From: Amoebidium appalachense
Lineage: Eukaryota; Protista; Ichthyosporea
Assembly (NCBI GenBank): GCA_963693365.1
Contig: CAVNZM010000001.1
Span: 1,642,373-1,706,372 of the forward strand
DNA length: 64,000 bases
Reading direction: 5' to 3'
Below are positions 1 to 36,769 of this stretch, in pieces (positions within the stretch are counted from its first letter, which is position 1; the number at the start of each line of letters is the position of its first letter). Position numbers and translations under genes: made by a program. The notes under the pieces are model-generated. The model was not told the origin of the DNA. It was given only the letters and a program-made list of their open reading frames with translations, and ran no database searches.

Positions 1-94
<94 letters not shown>

Positions 95-106
95 TTTGTG
101 TGTCAC

Positions 107-191
<85 letters not shown>

Positions 192-402
192 CGTGTGTGC
201 GTGTGTGCGTGTCTGCGTGTGTATGTGTAAGTTGTTTGTGTGTGCACGCATGCACAAGAATGTGTAGGTGTGCAGTGCGCCCGCGTGCTTCAGCCATCCA
301 GAAGTGGGTGCAGAAGAAGGTGAGGGGGGTGGAGGGGGGGAAGGGGGGGGGGGGGGGGGGGATTTATGGATTAAACGGTTGTAATGATTGGGGTGAGGGG
401 GG

Positions 403-433
<31 letters not shown>

Positions 434-440
434 CTCTTAC

Positions 441-3534
<3,094 letters not shown>

Positions 3535-4239
3535 GGTGGCAAAACAATAACTAAAAAAAAAGAAACTAGTAATGAATGAGTAGTTATGAACTATTAAACT
3601 ATAGCCATTATTAGTAGGAAATCGAAAAAAAAGTTAAATACTGCGGATTGCTACTTATTTAAAGTGTCATGGTTTTGGTGCCTGTACTATGATATGCCTT
3701 TACTCTTTGACATTCGCTTGCACACTGACAAATTTCCGTGTATGTGACAGAGTAGCCCTGTTTATATACCCTAAATGGTGCGATGTGATTGGTTAAGAAC
3801 ATTTATCCAATCATTTGGCTCCATAGATTTCAATCCACGCGCTGTGAATGACATTTCACGAATCAAAAGCAGAGATTCTTTTTTTACCAAATTTATCCGC
3901 GAGCTGCCCTCATTAGACTAGCATGGTAGAATAATGATTTCTATATGCAGGGCGTATGGAAAAAAGGAATACTTTTATCAAATATAACATTAAAAATTTC
4001 CACTTACTGGGTCTTGTATGTTGCTGTAGGATCAACACACAGAACGGTAGAGTATCAAAGGCTTTTTGAACAGTAGCGATTGAGCACAAGTCACGAATCA
4101 CTCTGGGGGGTTTACACACCCAGCCACACTCGACGGCCTAGTAGGCCTACTGTATGTACTGCGTTTTCCAGCGCAGCAAATCAAATGCAGCTACATAGTG
4201 ACATATGTACATCGTAGTATAGGACACCCCTATTACATA

Positions 4240-5141
4240 TTATGGGTAAGCAGAGGCTAGCATCGGTAGCTCCGAAAGAAAGTTAAGCCACCGTATCACA
4301 ATATCATACTGTGCAGCATCAATAAGGTGATCTAGGATAGTCATTTTAAAACGGATATATTGAGGAAGAGAGGGAGAAAAGAGAATAAGCCGCCAATAAC
4401 CTCCGGTTCTATTACGTAGGCTACTGCTTCCCATTCATGATCAAAATTGCATCTTAATGATAAACCGTTAGCTAACAGGTTACACTTTTTGATATATATG
4501 CATCCGCGAGTAAACCGCCCCCCACACATATTACACATACGAGCAGGAGACACCACAAACCGATTACACCGCCAAGCCATAATCATCTTAAAGCTTTGCG
4601 TTTTTACACCACACCACATTACGAATCTATGTAGGAACGAGACTCTCTAACCGTATCCGCCATATAGGCTACTGGTAGTTGGTGTTTTTGCGGTCCTAAC
4701 ACAGGAAGGGAATCAACACGTAGAGTAAAAAGATATCAGCCATAGACGCGTCGACGTCGACTTGAAACTATTCATATTCACACTATGATCTAGCCGTACC
4801 TCCGGTGGGGTCGCCAGCCATTCCGCATAACGCTCGATAATGGGCAGAGACGATGTGGAAGGGAAGAGGTAGAGGGGCGAGTCCGGCGGGGATGCGTGTA
4901 ACCGGAAGAGCGGGTGGTCCGGGGCACAAGCGGACAGGCGGGTGATGTGCTCGTGAAATTTAAGGGCTAATTCGTGTACACGTTGTGATGGTGGTGTGAG
5001 TGCGTAGAGAGAATCAAAAAGGCGTCTAGGGATAGGTGTGGAAAGATTAGTGAGAAATGTACAAGTTGTGTAGTGGAATTCATCTATTGATTGGAGGACA
5101 TTATCAACAGTATCAGGGGGTGCCATAGCTAAAATGTACAA
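4240..5141 (-). mobile_element. Degenerate 3' fragment of a non-LTR retrotransposon ORF (post-RT region with Cys motif)
   Basis: Microsatellite-free segment with successive frameshifted ORF pieces (4713-5141, 4341-4619, 4240-4434): '...MAWRCNRF...CNMCGGRFTRGC..KKC...TILDHLID'. This resembles the WR..CxxC..F.R.H..C..+D.L+ C-terminus seen in some fungal/protist LINE-like elements. Stops and frameshifts indicate decay. Confidence 0.5.
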
Positions 5142-5236
5142 AAAAATAGTAAGGGCATCCCGTTTTCAGACAAAGGGCGAATATATGTGCGAAATATACT
5201 AAGACGGTTGTATGGGTGTACAGTATAAAAAATGGA

Positions 5237-5309
5237 TGCCCTGGGTGAGGATCGAACTCACGACCTTAGGATTATGAGACCTACGCGCTACCTACTACGC
5301 TACCAGGAC
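5237..5309 (-). tRNA. tRNA-Met (anticodon CAT, elongator type)
   Basis: GTCCTGGTAGCGTAGTAGGTAGCGCGTAGGTCTCATAATCCTAAGGTCGTGAGTTCGATCCTCACCCAGGGCA: 73 nt cloverleaf, GTTCGATCC T-loop, CT-CAT-AA anticodon loop, and a T6 Pol III terminator at 5232-5227. Confidence 0.96.
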
Positions 5310-6312
5310 GACTGGTTTATCCTGCAAGCCAATCCCTATTTATTTGGTTCGAACGTCCGAGGTCCAACGTGCAAACGCAGTGTCACGGCCCGTGTGACGG
5401 TGTGTACACTGAACTGTGTTGTGGGTGCGAACTTCGGGTTTGGAAAAAGATAGGGTCATGCACCTAAATTGGTCATACTCACACACACACGCACATACAC
5501 GAACAGACGCACACACAAGAACTTCTGTCAGAATTCGATTGATGGTTGCAAGCTCACAGTACGTGTAGGTGGAGCTAATAAATAACACGTGTGTATGATA
5601 CATGATTGCAACATTGCAACTAATAATAAGAGCTAGATACATGCAACTTGAGACGTATCGATATATTTCATCCCGGAAACTTCAAGCATTCACACACGCA
5701 CGTCAGCATAAAACAGGCGCACAGCTAGCCAACAGAGACTCACACGCAGAGACAAACCGGGAAACCCCGCAGATCTGCTTGACACACACACTGGCATTGT
5801 ACGTATGCACGCACTTACACTGATGCAGACACTCATAAGCACGTACCTGTGACGCGCACACACAACGGTGCCCGTACCTTTACGAAAAAATCCACAGGTA
5901 CATTATATATAATTACTTATATGCCAAGCGCACACTTGCCTGCATTGCACGTATTACACAAAACAAACACACATTCACACAGGCACGCACACAACACACA
6001 CACGTGCACACACAGACACACGCACTGGCAGCGCCACACATTCGTGCACATACACTCTCGACTTTCAGGGCGTACAACCACACGCATGCAAGCACACAAA
6101 AACTTAGCCATTAACGTATACATGCACAAACACAAAACGTACTCAAATGAGGCAACAGTGCCACACACACATGCACAGTCACCTAGCAACATTTCATCAC
6201 TGACAAGCTTGAACGTAGACACGGGGCTAGTGAAGATAGCTAGCCAGATAGCAAACCAAATGCAAAATTGGTAGTAGCAAAGCCCCTACATTGCGCGGCT
6301 TCACCCATTCAG

Positions 6313-7094
<782 letters not shown>

Positions 7095-7162
7095 AACGGG
7101 TCAAGCCAGATGTTGTAGATGCAGAAAGTTCCTGGTGCAATATATTTTTTTTCTGTTTTACC

Positions 7163-7202
<40 letters not shown>

Positions 7203-7576
7203 GGGGCCTTCTCTCTCTCTCTCTCTCTCCCCCCTGCCCTCCCTCTTCCCCCCCCCCCCCCCCCCCCCCCGTGCTTTTCTATATATATCTGTCTCTCTCC
7301 CTCCCTCCCCACCCAACCCCCCCCCCCCCCCCCCGGGACTCCCCCCGGGGTCCTTCTCTCTCTCTCTGTCTCCCCCCCCCCCCCCCCCCCCCCACCCCTC
7401 CCGTGCTTTTCTCTGTCTCTCTCTCTCCCCCTCATCCCGGCCCGGGCCTCTCTCTCTGTCTCTCTCTCTCCCCCCCCCTCCCCCCTCCCCCCCGGATCCT
7501 TCTCCCTCCCTCCGTCCCCCCCTGCCCGGTTCTCTCTCTCTCTCTCTCTCCTGCCCCCCTCCCTCCCCCGCCTCTT

Positions 7577-7614
<38 letters not shown>

Positions 7615-7657
7615 CTCTCTCCTCCCCCCCCCCCCCCTTCCCCCCTCCCTCCCCCGC

Positions 7658-7695
<38 letters not shown>

Positions 7696-7726
7696 CTCTC
7701 TCTCTCCTTCCCCCCCTCCCTCCCCC

Positions 7727-7764
<38 letters not shown>

Positions 7765-8023
7765 CCTCTACCCCCCCCCCCCCCCCCCCCTCTCTCCGGG
7801 CAGCCCGTGCGCTTTTGGAAAAGCACACTACTAGGGAAAAACCACACAAACATACTTAAGCACACCGTGATACATGCACTATGATAATTGCATCATTGAG
7901 CTCGAGTGCATGTACATATCACGTGTTTCTTTTAATATTGGACTTTGTGGGTCCTCGTTTCAGCAAGGATCATTATAACACACATTACTGATTTACAGCA
8001 CCAGAAACCCCCCCCCCCCCAAA

Positions 8024-8054
<31 letters not shown>

Positions 8055-8497
8055 CCAAAGAAAAAGCACGGTCTAATGCTTCATTGTGTAATTGCATTTC
8101 TCCAAGCATACAGACGTATGTGATTGACTGCCTGACGCCAAAACATAAGTCAACCACTACAACTGCCAAAAATTACGTTTCATTCTCACACCATTCATTT
8201 GGATTCAACATAATTTTTGCTCTGTTCACTTACTGTATGCCACAGTCGGTTGCTTTATTCGATTTCAACAATACACCTGGAAGCAAAAAAAAAATCAAAA
8301 GAATCAGGCAACGCGAACTTTCAATCGAAATCAGTTGTAAGGTCAAAAATCAATGTCTTACACCCATAAGTTAACGCAGTTCCCCCCACAACACCTGACC
8401 GAAAACATTACTTAATCGATCATAATCGGAGATTTGTGAGATTAGATCAGGCCTGAACCCAGGCAAAAGTTTTGAAGGGCCCTTCACGATCTGACAA

Positions 8498-8883
8498 TCA
8501 ATTTGTTGCCAGAAGCGGTACGAGCCTTTTTTGGAACTCCTCAAAAGCCGATTGGACGGATTCGCCCAATAGGAAGAAGCCGTGGCCCCTGCGGATGAAC
8601 AAAGTTGACGTGGGGTAGGGGTGGGCTAAAAATAGCTCCACCATGGCTGCACGGTCCTCGGGGGTTGAAAATACAGTCTGTGGGATGGGAAATTACGGTG
8701 TTAGATTAGAAATAATGCATGTTACCCTATTGGGCGATCAAGCATATGCATCCCCTTTAGCAACATCGTTTTTTTTGTTTTTTTTTCCCCGGGGGGAAAG
8801 GAGGAGGGGGAAGGGGGAGGGGGGGGTGGGGGGTGGAATAAACACTGCCAATACATTGCCCTATATACACCACCCGCTTAACC

Positions 8884-8921
<38 letters not shown>

Positions 8922-9037
8922 CGATGGGGTGGAAGGACTCGCAGGTACACACAACAAATGAAACGACAAACAAAGAAACACAAAAACCAAAAACCCCGTC
9001 AAGCCCCACCAACCTATCCAATAAAAAGAAACCATCG

Positions 9038-9086
<49 letters not shown>

Positions 9087-9448
9087 ACCAAAAAAAAAAG
9101 AAAAAGTTAACACCCACAAGAACATTGCCAACACAAATACACCCCCCCCATACCTGGTCGTGAGATATTGGTGCCCCGTGCCTACTAGCCCCCTCCGGGG
9201 TTTCAAATGCGTGTCCGTGGAGGGCTGCCATTGGTCGGCTAGTCCAATCAAAATGGCCGTCCTCGTTGCCTAGCAGCGCACACCATAGCAACGGGGTGTC
9301 GCTCGATGGGTTGGCAGTGGGATTGGTTGATGGAGAGAGATACCATGCGTGCCTGTGTGTGTGTGTGTGTGTGAGGGGGGGGGGGGGGGGGGAAGGGGGC
9401 AGGGGGTGGTGAGTGAGTGAGTGAGTGCGTGACAGTGAGGGAGTGAGG

Positions 9449-9499
<51 letters not shown>

Positions 9500-10351
9500 T
9501 GAGTGAGTGAGTGAGTGAGTGAGTGAGTGAGTGAGTGAGTGAGTGTGAGTGTGAGTGTGAGTGTGAGTGTGAGTGTGTGAGTGAGTGAGTGAGTGTGTGT
9601 GTGTGTGTGTGTGTGCGTGACAGTGAGGGAGTGAGTGAGTGAGTGAGTGAGTGAGTGAGTGAGTGAGTGAGTGAGTGTGTGTGTGTGTGTGTGTGTGCAG
9701 GCACGTGTGCGCTTGCGTGTGTGTGTCAAGGACAGGGGAGAGAAGGGGAAGGGGGGAGAGGGGGGGGTGGGGGGGGATGGGGGAGAGGGGCAGGGAGGAC
9801 ATACATGCTTAAGAGGAAAGAAGAGAAGAAAACCACTATGAGCTATGTTAAGAAGCAAGCTTCCTAATCCCACACCACGCAGACGGTCATCAAGGAAAAA
9901 TCACACAAAATCACATCTGAAAAAGGGAACGTTACGGGTTCAAATGCCATGTTTTCAGGTGTGACTAATTCCGGAAAGCAGAAAAACTGGAGGGGAGGGG
10001 AAAGGGGGAGGGGGGGGGGGGGGGGGGGGGGCACAAATATCCAAGTAACCGAAATCATATTCACAAAAACCCCACATCCAACGCCACTTATAATTCTTCT
10101 TTGACCGCACACGGAACACTGTCGGCTCACAAACAAAATGCACCCGCCTTGACCCATTTCTATTGGCTGCAAATCACTCACCATGTCGTCACGTCAAAAG
10201 CCACCACCAGGCAAAAGTCGTCACATGTTGCCACGTGGCCAGGGGGTTTCCCGCTGCGGGAAACGAGCATAACATTCCTTCCAGCATGCTCCACCACGGC
10301 TGCAACGTTGCCTCCGACCTTACCGTCGGCTAGAATGGGCGCCGCGCCGAG

Positions 10352-10404
<53 letters not shown>

Positions 10405-10576
10405 TGTGTGTGTGTGCGTGTGCGTCTGTGTGTGTGCGTGCGGGTGGCCGCGCCTGTGTACGTGCTAGTGTGCGGTGTTTGTGTGCGTGTCAGCATGGTG
10501 AATTATTGTGGATCGTTATTCTTTTTTCCTTTTATTTTTATTGATTAATCTTTTTCATGCTCGTCTTCTCTCTCCC

Positions 10577-10628
<52 letters not shown>

Positions 10629-10672
10629 CCGGCCCCCTCCCCCTCCCCTCCCCATCCCCCCCCCCTCCCCCC

Positions 10673-10725
<53 letters not shown>

Positions 10726-10739
10726 CTTTCTTTTTCTGA

Positions 10740-10778
<39 letters not shown>

Positions 10779-10923
10779 CCCCCTCTCCCTCTCTCTCTCT
10801 TGCGGAGGTGGAGGGGGGGGGGGGGGGGGGGGGGGGGATGTTTGTGGTGAGTATGTGCGTGTGTCTGTGGGGTCTTCAGGTGGAAGCCGGCGGGGCTGTG
10901 TCCCACAGTAAAAAGTACAGAGA

Positions 10924-10980
<57 letters not shown>

Positions 10981-11143
10981 TGTGTGTGTGTGTGCGCGCG
11001 CGCACGTGTGTGTGCAATTGCGTGCGTGCGTGTGTGCACTATATGTGCACGTGCTTGCGTGCATGTGGCCTTGTTCATTTGTATACTTCTGCATGTGTGT
11101 GCACTGGTGTCGGTGTGTGTACGTGTGTGTGTGTATGTGTGTA

Positions 11144-11178
<35 letters not shown>

Positions 11179-11351
11179 CGAGTGCATGCACGTGTGTTAT
11201 TAAAAAACACCCCACACACCCTTTCCATCTCTTCCAGAGCCTTCGACAGCACGCCGACCGTATGACCATATTTGGTCATATCTTCACTGCCCGCACACGT
11301 GAGGTGGAATTTGATTCGTGGCTGTGACGTCACATCCTCTCCTTCCATTGG
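8498..11351 (-). CDS. Class II aldolase/adducin-like (Zn-binding) domain; exons 11351-11220, 10351-10182, 9352-9154, 8677-8498. Probably the C-terminal module of the PUS10 gene, otherwise a separate gene starting at ATG 11348
   Basis: In-phase GT-AG exons give ...RIKFHLTC...|LGAAPILADGKVGGNVAAVVE..VMLVSRSGK...W|HAW...NPSSDTPLLW...AALHGHAFE...|...LFIRRGHGFFLLGESVQSAFEEF...N*. These match the class II aldolase motifs GN+S, +L+xxSG, PSSE, HxH and NHG; the His triad is retained. Confidence 0.8.
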
Positions 11352-11632
11352 CTGGGTAGAGGAGTGCAAAGTCAGTGTCGACGTATTTCAGACCAGATTG
11401 TACCAAAGGGATTACAGGTTATTTGCCCCACCTCCCCTCGCCTCCCCCCCAGCCCCCCCCCCCCCCGGGCTGGTGTCTCCAGTTTCACCTGCACCAGCCC
11501 CTTTTCTTACGCCAACCCCCTTACCCCACAGTAATCCTCATTTCCGAAATTCCCCGAAAATCCCCCCCCCCCCCCTGTCCCCACCACCACCACCACCACC
11601 ACCACCACACAAGCGCACACATGGAAGACATC

Positions 11633-11702
11633 AGGAACTCAGGAGACGGGGCTTCTAGGAAGCTGCCCCGTCGCTACCTAAGTCGACACTTCCCTGGCTA
11701 AC
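11633..11702. repeat. 70-bp hairpin-containing dispersed repeat, copy 1
   Basis: Matches 23014-23083 with 5 mismatches and contains the stem GACGGGGC-TTC/TAG/GAA-GC.GCCCCGTC. Confidence 0.8.
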
Positions 11703-11978
11703 GGGGGGGGGGGGGGGGGGGGGGGGGGGTGAGGGAGTGGGTATGTGTGTGTGTTCAGAAGACAGAAAGTAGATATCGAGGGTGCACAAGCCCACGATAC
11801 ACGTGCAAGGGGGATGAGAAGAGGCTTAGTATTTGGGGGGGGAGGGAAGGGGAGGGGGCGGGTGGGGGAGGGGGGGGGGAGGGGGGATGGATGGGGTGGG
11901 GGGCTTTGTGAAGAGACGGGGAGAAAGGGGGGGGGGGGGGGAGGAGGGGGGGAGGAGGGGGAAGGGAGGGAGGTTCAC

Positions 11979-30996
<19,018 letters not shown>

Positions 30997-32296
30997 GTTT
31001 GTTCTTGGCTATCAACAGGCCCGTCTGAACCACCCAAATGTGTGCCTTGAGGTATTCGTGTATGCAATAACGTATGCTTCACATGTATGTTATCTACACA
31101 TACATATGCTTAACGCGTACGTGTACACCTATATATGTATACGGTGTCACTACATATGTATATGTACATAAATATACACCTTTTTTACGATACTGATATA
31201 TTTTGCTGTTTACACGTGCATGCGCACGGTGCCGGGTGGATCTGAAAAAATAGAAATAGAATACGCGATCAAGTCATGAATATCCTCGTTAAAATCATGT
31301 TTCAATACAGTAAAGGGGCATAATTGCCTCACGGGGGCGTGTTTTTCTTTTCTTCTTCATCAAAGTTTTCTCTTCCTTCGCTGCCGGGTTGCGGAAAAGC
31401 TTTGAAGGCTAGAGGCTAAACATAACATGAAGCCGCGCGAGTGGTATAGGCTCACAAAATTAATCTGTTCTGAACAAATATTAGTAATCCCGTTGCATTC
31501 ATGCGTCAGCTTTACTCAGTCATGCACACACATGTAGCAGAGATGTGGTAACATGGGTGCCCCGAAACGACTGGGTTACCTGATGCAATGATCATCGTTA
31601 GCCACTTGGGGGCAGAGGAGGTGGGAGGGGGAGGAGGGGGGAGGGTACTATATAAGCTACAAGATGCAATCAAGAGTTATGTTCCACAACTCAACCAGCT
31701 CCGAGCATGGTTTCATGTACTCACTACTCACTTCAAGTGAAATAGCTCTCACAAAGAGAAATCAAGGACAAGTCTCAAATGGAGATGTATAGTATTTTAA
31801 GTATATTATTATCAGTCTTCATAGAAGACTAAACATGGCTTGCCACGGCAAGTTTTTTGGCAGTGGCGCAGTCCAGCTGTCCCCCTGCGGCAAACGGCTC
31901 TAAGCATTCAACACATGCTATGATCCTCGCAAGTGTACTATCATGCAAGGGAGTGTTTGAGTAAAGCATCACAACTGCCTTTTTACTTTGAAGAAGCAAT
32001 CAGCCCAACTCAACGTGCATTTGTTAGCTCCACGTGGATCAAGCTACATTGCACGTTTACAAACAACACACACAAGCACCTATTGTGGAGAGCGCTGTAG
32101 CCCAAAATCAGCAGATAGTTACACGTCACAATAACATCCATAGTCACAACTTTCATTCGTAATGGTTTCCTGGTAGCACTTCACTCGCATATTCTTCGTA
32201 CTGTTACAGCGCAACATAAAGCATTCAATTTCGTTCCCACTCCATTCCATGATGGAACTATTCACTGAAAAAAAAAATTACCCATTACGCTAACAA

Positions 32297-33005
32297 TCAC
32301 ACAAAATGCAAGTGTTGCGAAACCTTCCCCCAAATGCCCGAATGCCGTCCGTCGTCACAAGCATCACTTCCCAAAATGGGTCCCAGCGCAGAATGGATAA
32401 ACACGTTTTTCGCCATCCTTGAACCTTTCCTCTTTGGTGTTGCCGTCTCCTCCTCCCTGTCACTCTTCTCGCTCTTTTTCTCCGCAGCCGCAAACGTTTC
32501 CATCGTCAGAAAACTCGTTGCTGGTGTCGGCGAGGGAAACTTCCTGTCCATATCCTCAAGTAGAGAATCATAGATGTCTGTGCCTGTTGTGTGGTATGCA
32601 GCATGCCACCATTGCACATACAGGTTGGCCTGATGTTCGAGGTCGTGTTCGTTTTGCGCAAACGTGCGCAGCTTTCGGAGAATGCGCGTGGCCTCTTCTG
32701 GTAGCGCCACACCTGATCCCTTCACGTGGATCTGTGGCCGAACAAAATTTAGTGTTAAAGAGACTGATAAGGGTTTAGAAGTGGCTTGAGGATAAACGAG
32801 ACCGCACAGAGCAAGACAACTTAGTCCTATATTCAAACCATTAGGAACGTTCATGCATACAAAATGATCCCCAGAATCAGCCACCCCGATGTCACGTCAA
32901 GTTGCACCTACGACTGTAACCATGCCCACCCCACCAACCAACGTCCAAAAGAGATGACCACACAAACCCACACACCAACACACCTACACACCCACACACC
33001 CATCC

Positions 33006-33045
<40 letters not shown>

Positions 33046-33342
33046 ACACACACACAGTCAACTATTTGGCCAACTCTTTTGCAGTTTCTACACACGCTCA
33101 CTTTTACTTTGTCCCGGATATAATGATAAGAAGAAACTAGTGCTAGCCCTTACCTTTGCAGAATATCCCATTCTCTGGGCCACGGCGCAGTGTATGTGCA
33201 CCTCACGAATAAGCGCAAGGTTGCAACAGTCGGCCGGGCTGCATGTTGGCGCAGGCGACTTGCACATCTTTTGGCAAGGAGATGGTGAAATGGGTATGGC
33301 AGACGCAAGAAAACTTTCCTTGCGATCAATACTTGTGATAAC
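32297..33342 (-). other. Probable exons of an unknown or degraded gene (candidate exons 33342-33154 and 32730-~32325)
   Basis: Coding-like, SSR-poor sequence. Acceptor ...ggccacag|ATC opens IHVKGSGVALPEEATRILRKLRTFAQNEHDLEHQANLYVQWWHAAY...; an upstream exon bounded by tag|...AAG|gtaagg joins in phase 0. No start or family recognised. Confidence 0.35.
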
Positions 33343-34044
33343 CTAAATTGTGATTAACTTCGTTCCTTCTTCTGTCACATATATCGTTCAAGGTGCTTTT
33401 TTGATGCCTCAAAAGCAGAAATGTTACCAAACCCCTTTACAGAATCGTCTCACCGTCTGTGAACCAGATCTCGATGTTCTCGATGTTCCCGATGATCTTT
33501 CAACTACTGTGATCATGACTTCTGACTTCTGAGATCGATTAGACTTTAAGAATTGCGGCTTTCTATAGTGTAACGCTTTCCAAATTTGAAGGCACTCTTT
33601 TCTTTTCAACACGTTGACAAGTATTCTTTTCAAGACAAGAGAACAATGAACTGATATGCGTTTGGGTGTGTCACGTTCTTTTTGCCACCTGCCCTTGTAT
33701 CAACTCACACAGTACTGGTCAGACTCAGACTCTCGGAGTAAGTTCAAAGTTCGTGCTGGAATTTTCTAGGCGGTTTTGGCACACCGTGACAACCGTATAA
33801 AATGAATTAGCATACGAATCACAACATTATATTATCTTGAGTATTATTTTAAAGTTGTGAGCTGTGGTTTAAAATGGCTTATGATCTATGCCGTGTGCAA
33901 TGATTGGCTGCTGTTTGTTCGTGTCACTTAGATTCTAGATTCTCCCAGCGGTGAAATTTTATCCAATCATTCTAAACATTGGCCACCCTTGTGCATTCCT
34001 TCTAAGATCTTCCCGCGGCGCACGGTCATTGTCACGGCGGTTGT

Positions 34045-34170
<126 letters not shown>

Positions 34171-35223
34171 CATCCACCCTGGCGTTGCATTTTGTGTGTG
34201 TGCGAGGGAGGGGGCGAGGGGGGGTAGGGAGAGTGGGAAAGGGTGGGGAAGAGAAGGGAAGGGGGGCTCAGGGGCCGCCGTGAGCAACAAGTAAACTCAC
34301 TTTGCGAAGCCTCGCGGATGTAGAGACAGGGCATACCTCGCGAGACGGGGGCGGGGTGTGTTTTCTTCCGTTATTTCTTTCTTTCTTTCTTTCGTTTTTC
34401 GACACACACACACGTGCGGGCACGCACACACACACAAACACACACAAACACACACAAACACACACAACACATACACTTACAAACGCACCGGCACGCACAT
34501 ACACCTTGGCACGGGCCTGCACACACGTACAACAAACAAACACTACTCGCGATGTGCATAAAATCTGCAAGCATTGGCACATAGAAGCACTCACAAACCC
34601 AAACACAACCGCGCATCCTTATGTCACATTCACCCGCAAACACGAAATAGATGGCCAAGAGAAAGACAGACTCTCACACGCTCACACATGCACGCACAAT
34701 TGCTGTTACACATGCACAAACCGTACACGCACATACACACACTTTGTTCAACACGCTGATTGAAGTGTGTGCTCCGGGCCCGTGCACGTGACAATTTATA
34801 CTTTCTCCCCCCTTTTCTCTCATATAGTTACTCCCACTGTGTCTCTCCACCCACCCACCACAGACACACACACACACACAACCCCTAAACCCGCCTTTTT
34901 TGCCCTCTCCCCCCTCCTTCCCCGCCTCTCTTAGGCGCACACGTGCCTGCTTGCATCTAAAACAGCAGTGACAACACAATCACAGGCACGTACGCACGCA
35001 CACACACATGCGTGCACACATGCACACGCGTGCACACACGCAGTATTAACACACACACACACACAAACACACACACATGCACAAACGCACACACACACCA
35101 CACACGCACAAAAACATGCACGATGATGTTGTCTCAACCCAATCTTGAAACGTTGCCAGAAATTACGTAAGCGGGGTCCCACTCACTCATACTCACACTG
35201 GTAACCTTAGAAGTGGGGGTTTT

Positions 35224-35258
<35 letters not shown>

Positions 35259-35538
35259 TGAGGGGCTGGTTGGAGAGTGTACTTCTTGTGTGTGAATGTG
35301 TGTGTGTGCCTGCAAGCAAACACGAGCTTGTGGTATGTGTTTTGGTGCATGTCAGTTTGAATGGGTGCGCGAGCGTAAGTGTAGGTGTGCGCTCACCAAC
35401 AACAAATTCCCCTCCTCCTCCCCCCCTCCCCCCCCCCCCCCCTTCTCCTAGTTTACAGAATGATTTCGAAGTCACTAACGCCCTTCTGCCATACCTCCCT
35501 CTATCCCGACTCTCTAACCCCTCCTCCCCCAGTTTCCT

Positions 35539-35590
<52 letters not shown>

Positions 35591-35834
35591 GGGGAAGTTC
35601 CCCCGGGGCCCCTCCGAACTGCAGTTTTAAACCCAACAGTCCCATACAAATGACATTGCTTCTGCGCCTTGACTTGGTGTATAGCCGGCATAAGCCGAGT
35701 TATGTGGCGTTGGGTGTGTGTGTAAATGGCACGGTGGCCGACACTGTATGGAGATAAGGAGGCCCAACGGCATCTTGTGAACGTCCCATTCTCTTGCAAA
35801 CTTGAAAGAAGGCGGCACTTGAAAAATGAAAAAA

Positions 35835-36060
35835 AGTACGCGTCGTAGCCCTACGGAAAGGTAGCCCTACGTGTCGTAACGAGAAACTCTGCCAAGGGGT
35901 ATTTATGATTGGTCCAGATCGAATCCGGTTCGATCCGATTAGCCATATAAGGAAACTGCAAAAAACCGTTTTTACGGAAAGGTAGCCCTACGCCTACGCC
36001 TACGTCTTTCGACCCACAATGCACCTGTCAGGGATCCGATTCCGGCCCTGACCAATCTCA
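35835..36060. promoter_or_regulatory. Promoter-like segment: CArG box, CCAAT boxes, 20-bp direct repeat
   Basis: CCATATAAGG (perfect CC(A/T)6GG) at 35943-35952; GATTGG near 35907; CCAATC near 36052; tacggaaaggtagccctacg at 35852-35871 and 35973-35992. Confidence 0.4.
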
Positions 36061-36769
36061 GCTTGAAGCGCCATCACCTCGCACTCAGATCAGTTGCCGC
36101 CAATAATTCATGTTCACCAAGCTTCGAAAAATGATCCGACCATAATTCTATGAGGTGCCTAACATTGACAGCTCCTCTGAGCCGCAGTCCGCAATAAAAA
36201 AATTGTAAAAAGAAAGAACTTCTGCGACTATCTTAACATACTATTTGTCAAAAAAACAACAAACAGTACTTCGACAAAGAGGAAACCTCCTACTCGTGTT
36301 CAAAGATATCCACACTCGAGTTTGACTGTTATGCAGTACTAACAAGAAAAAGGCTCGCTCCAGACAGCTTTCTTCTGAGTACCCTGCTCCACACCGCGCT
36401 GCGTCACAGAGTGATCGACGATATCGTGTTCACCCTTTTTATACCTCTCCACTAGCCGCTAAGACAAATACCGTGATTCCTACCCAACCATTTCATTCAA
36501 AAGGCCTACCAAATGGTATCGCACATTCCCACCCGCATTGGTTATGTTCAGGCTTATGCTCGCAACTGCATATTCACTAGTACCACAAGGAGGCTGTACA
36601 ACTTTCTTCTGCTTTGCTCTGCTTCGCTTCGGCGGCATTATAAAAACTGAGCGTCAAATATCGTGTTGCTGCATTATATACTACCCCCAGATCTACGTTT
36701 ATATATACCCGCCAAAAGGATTGAATGGTTTTTATCCAATCATAAAACTTCAAACCACTACCCAATGGT

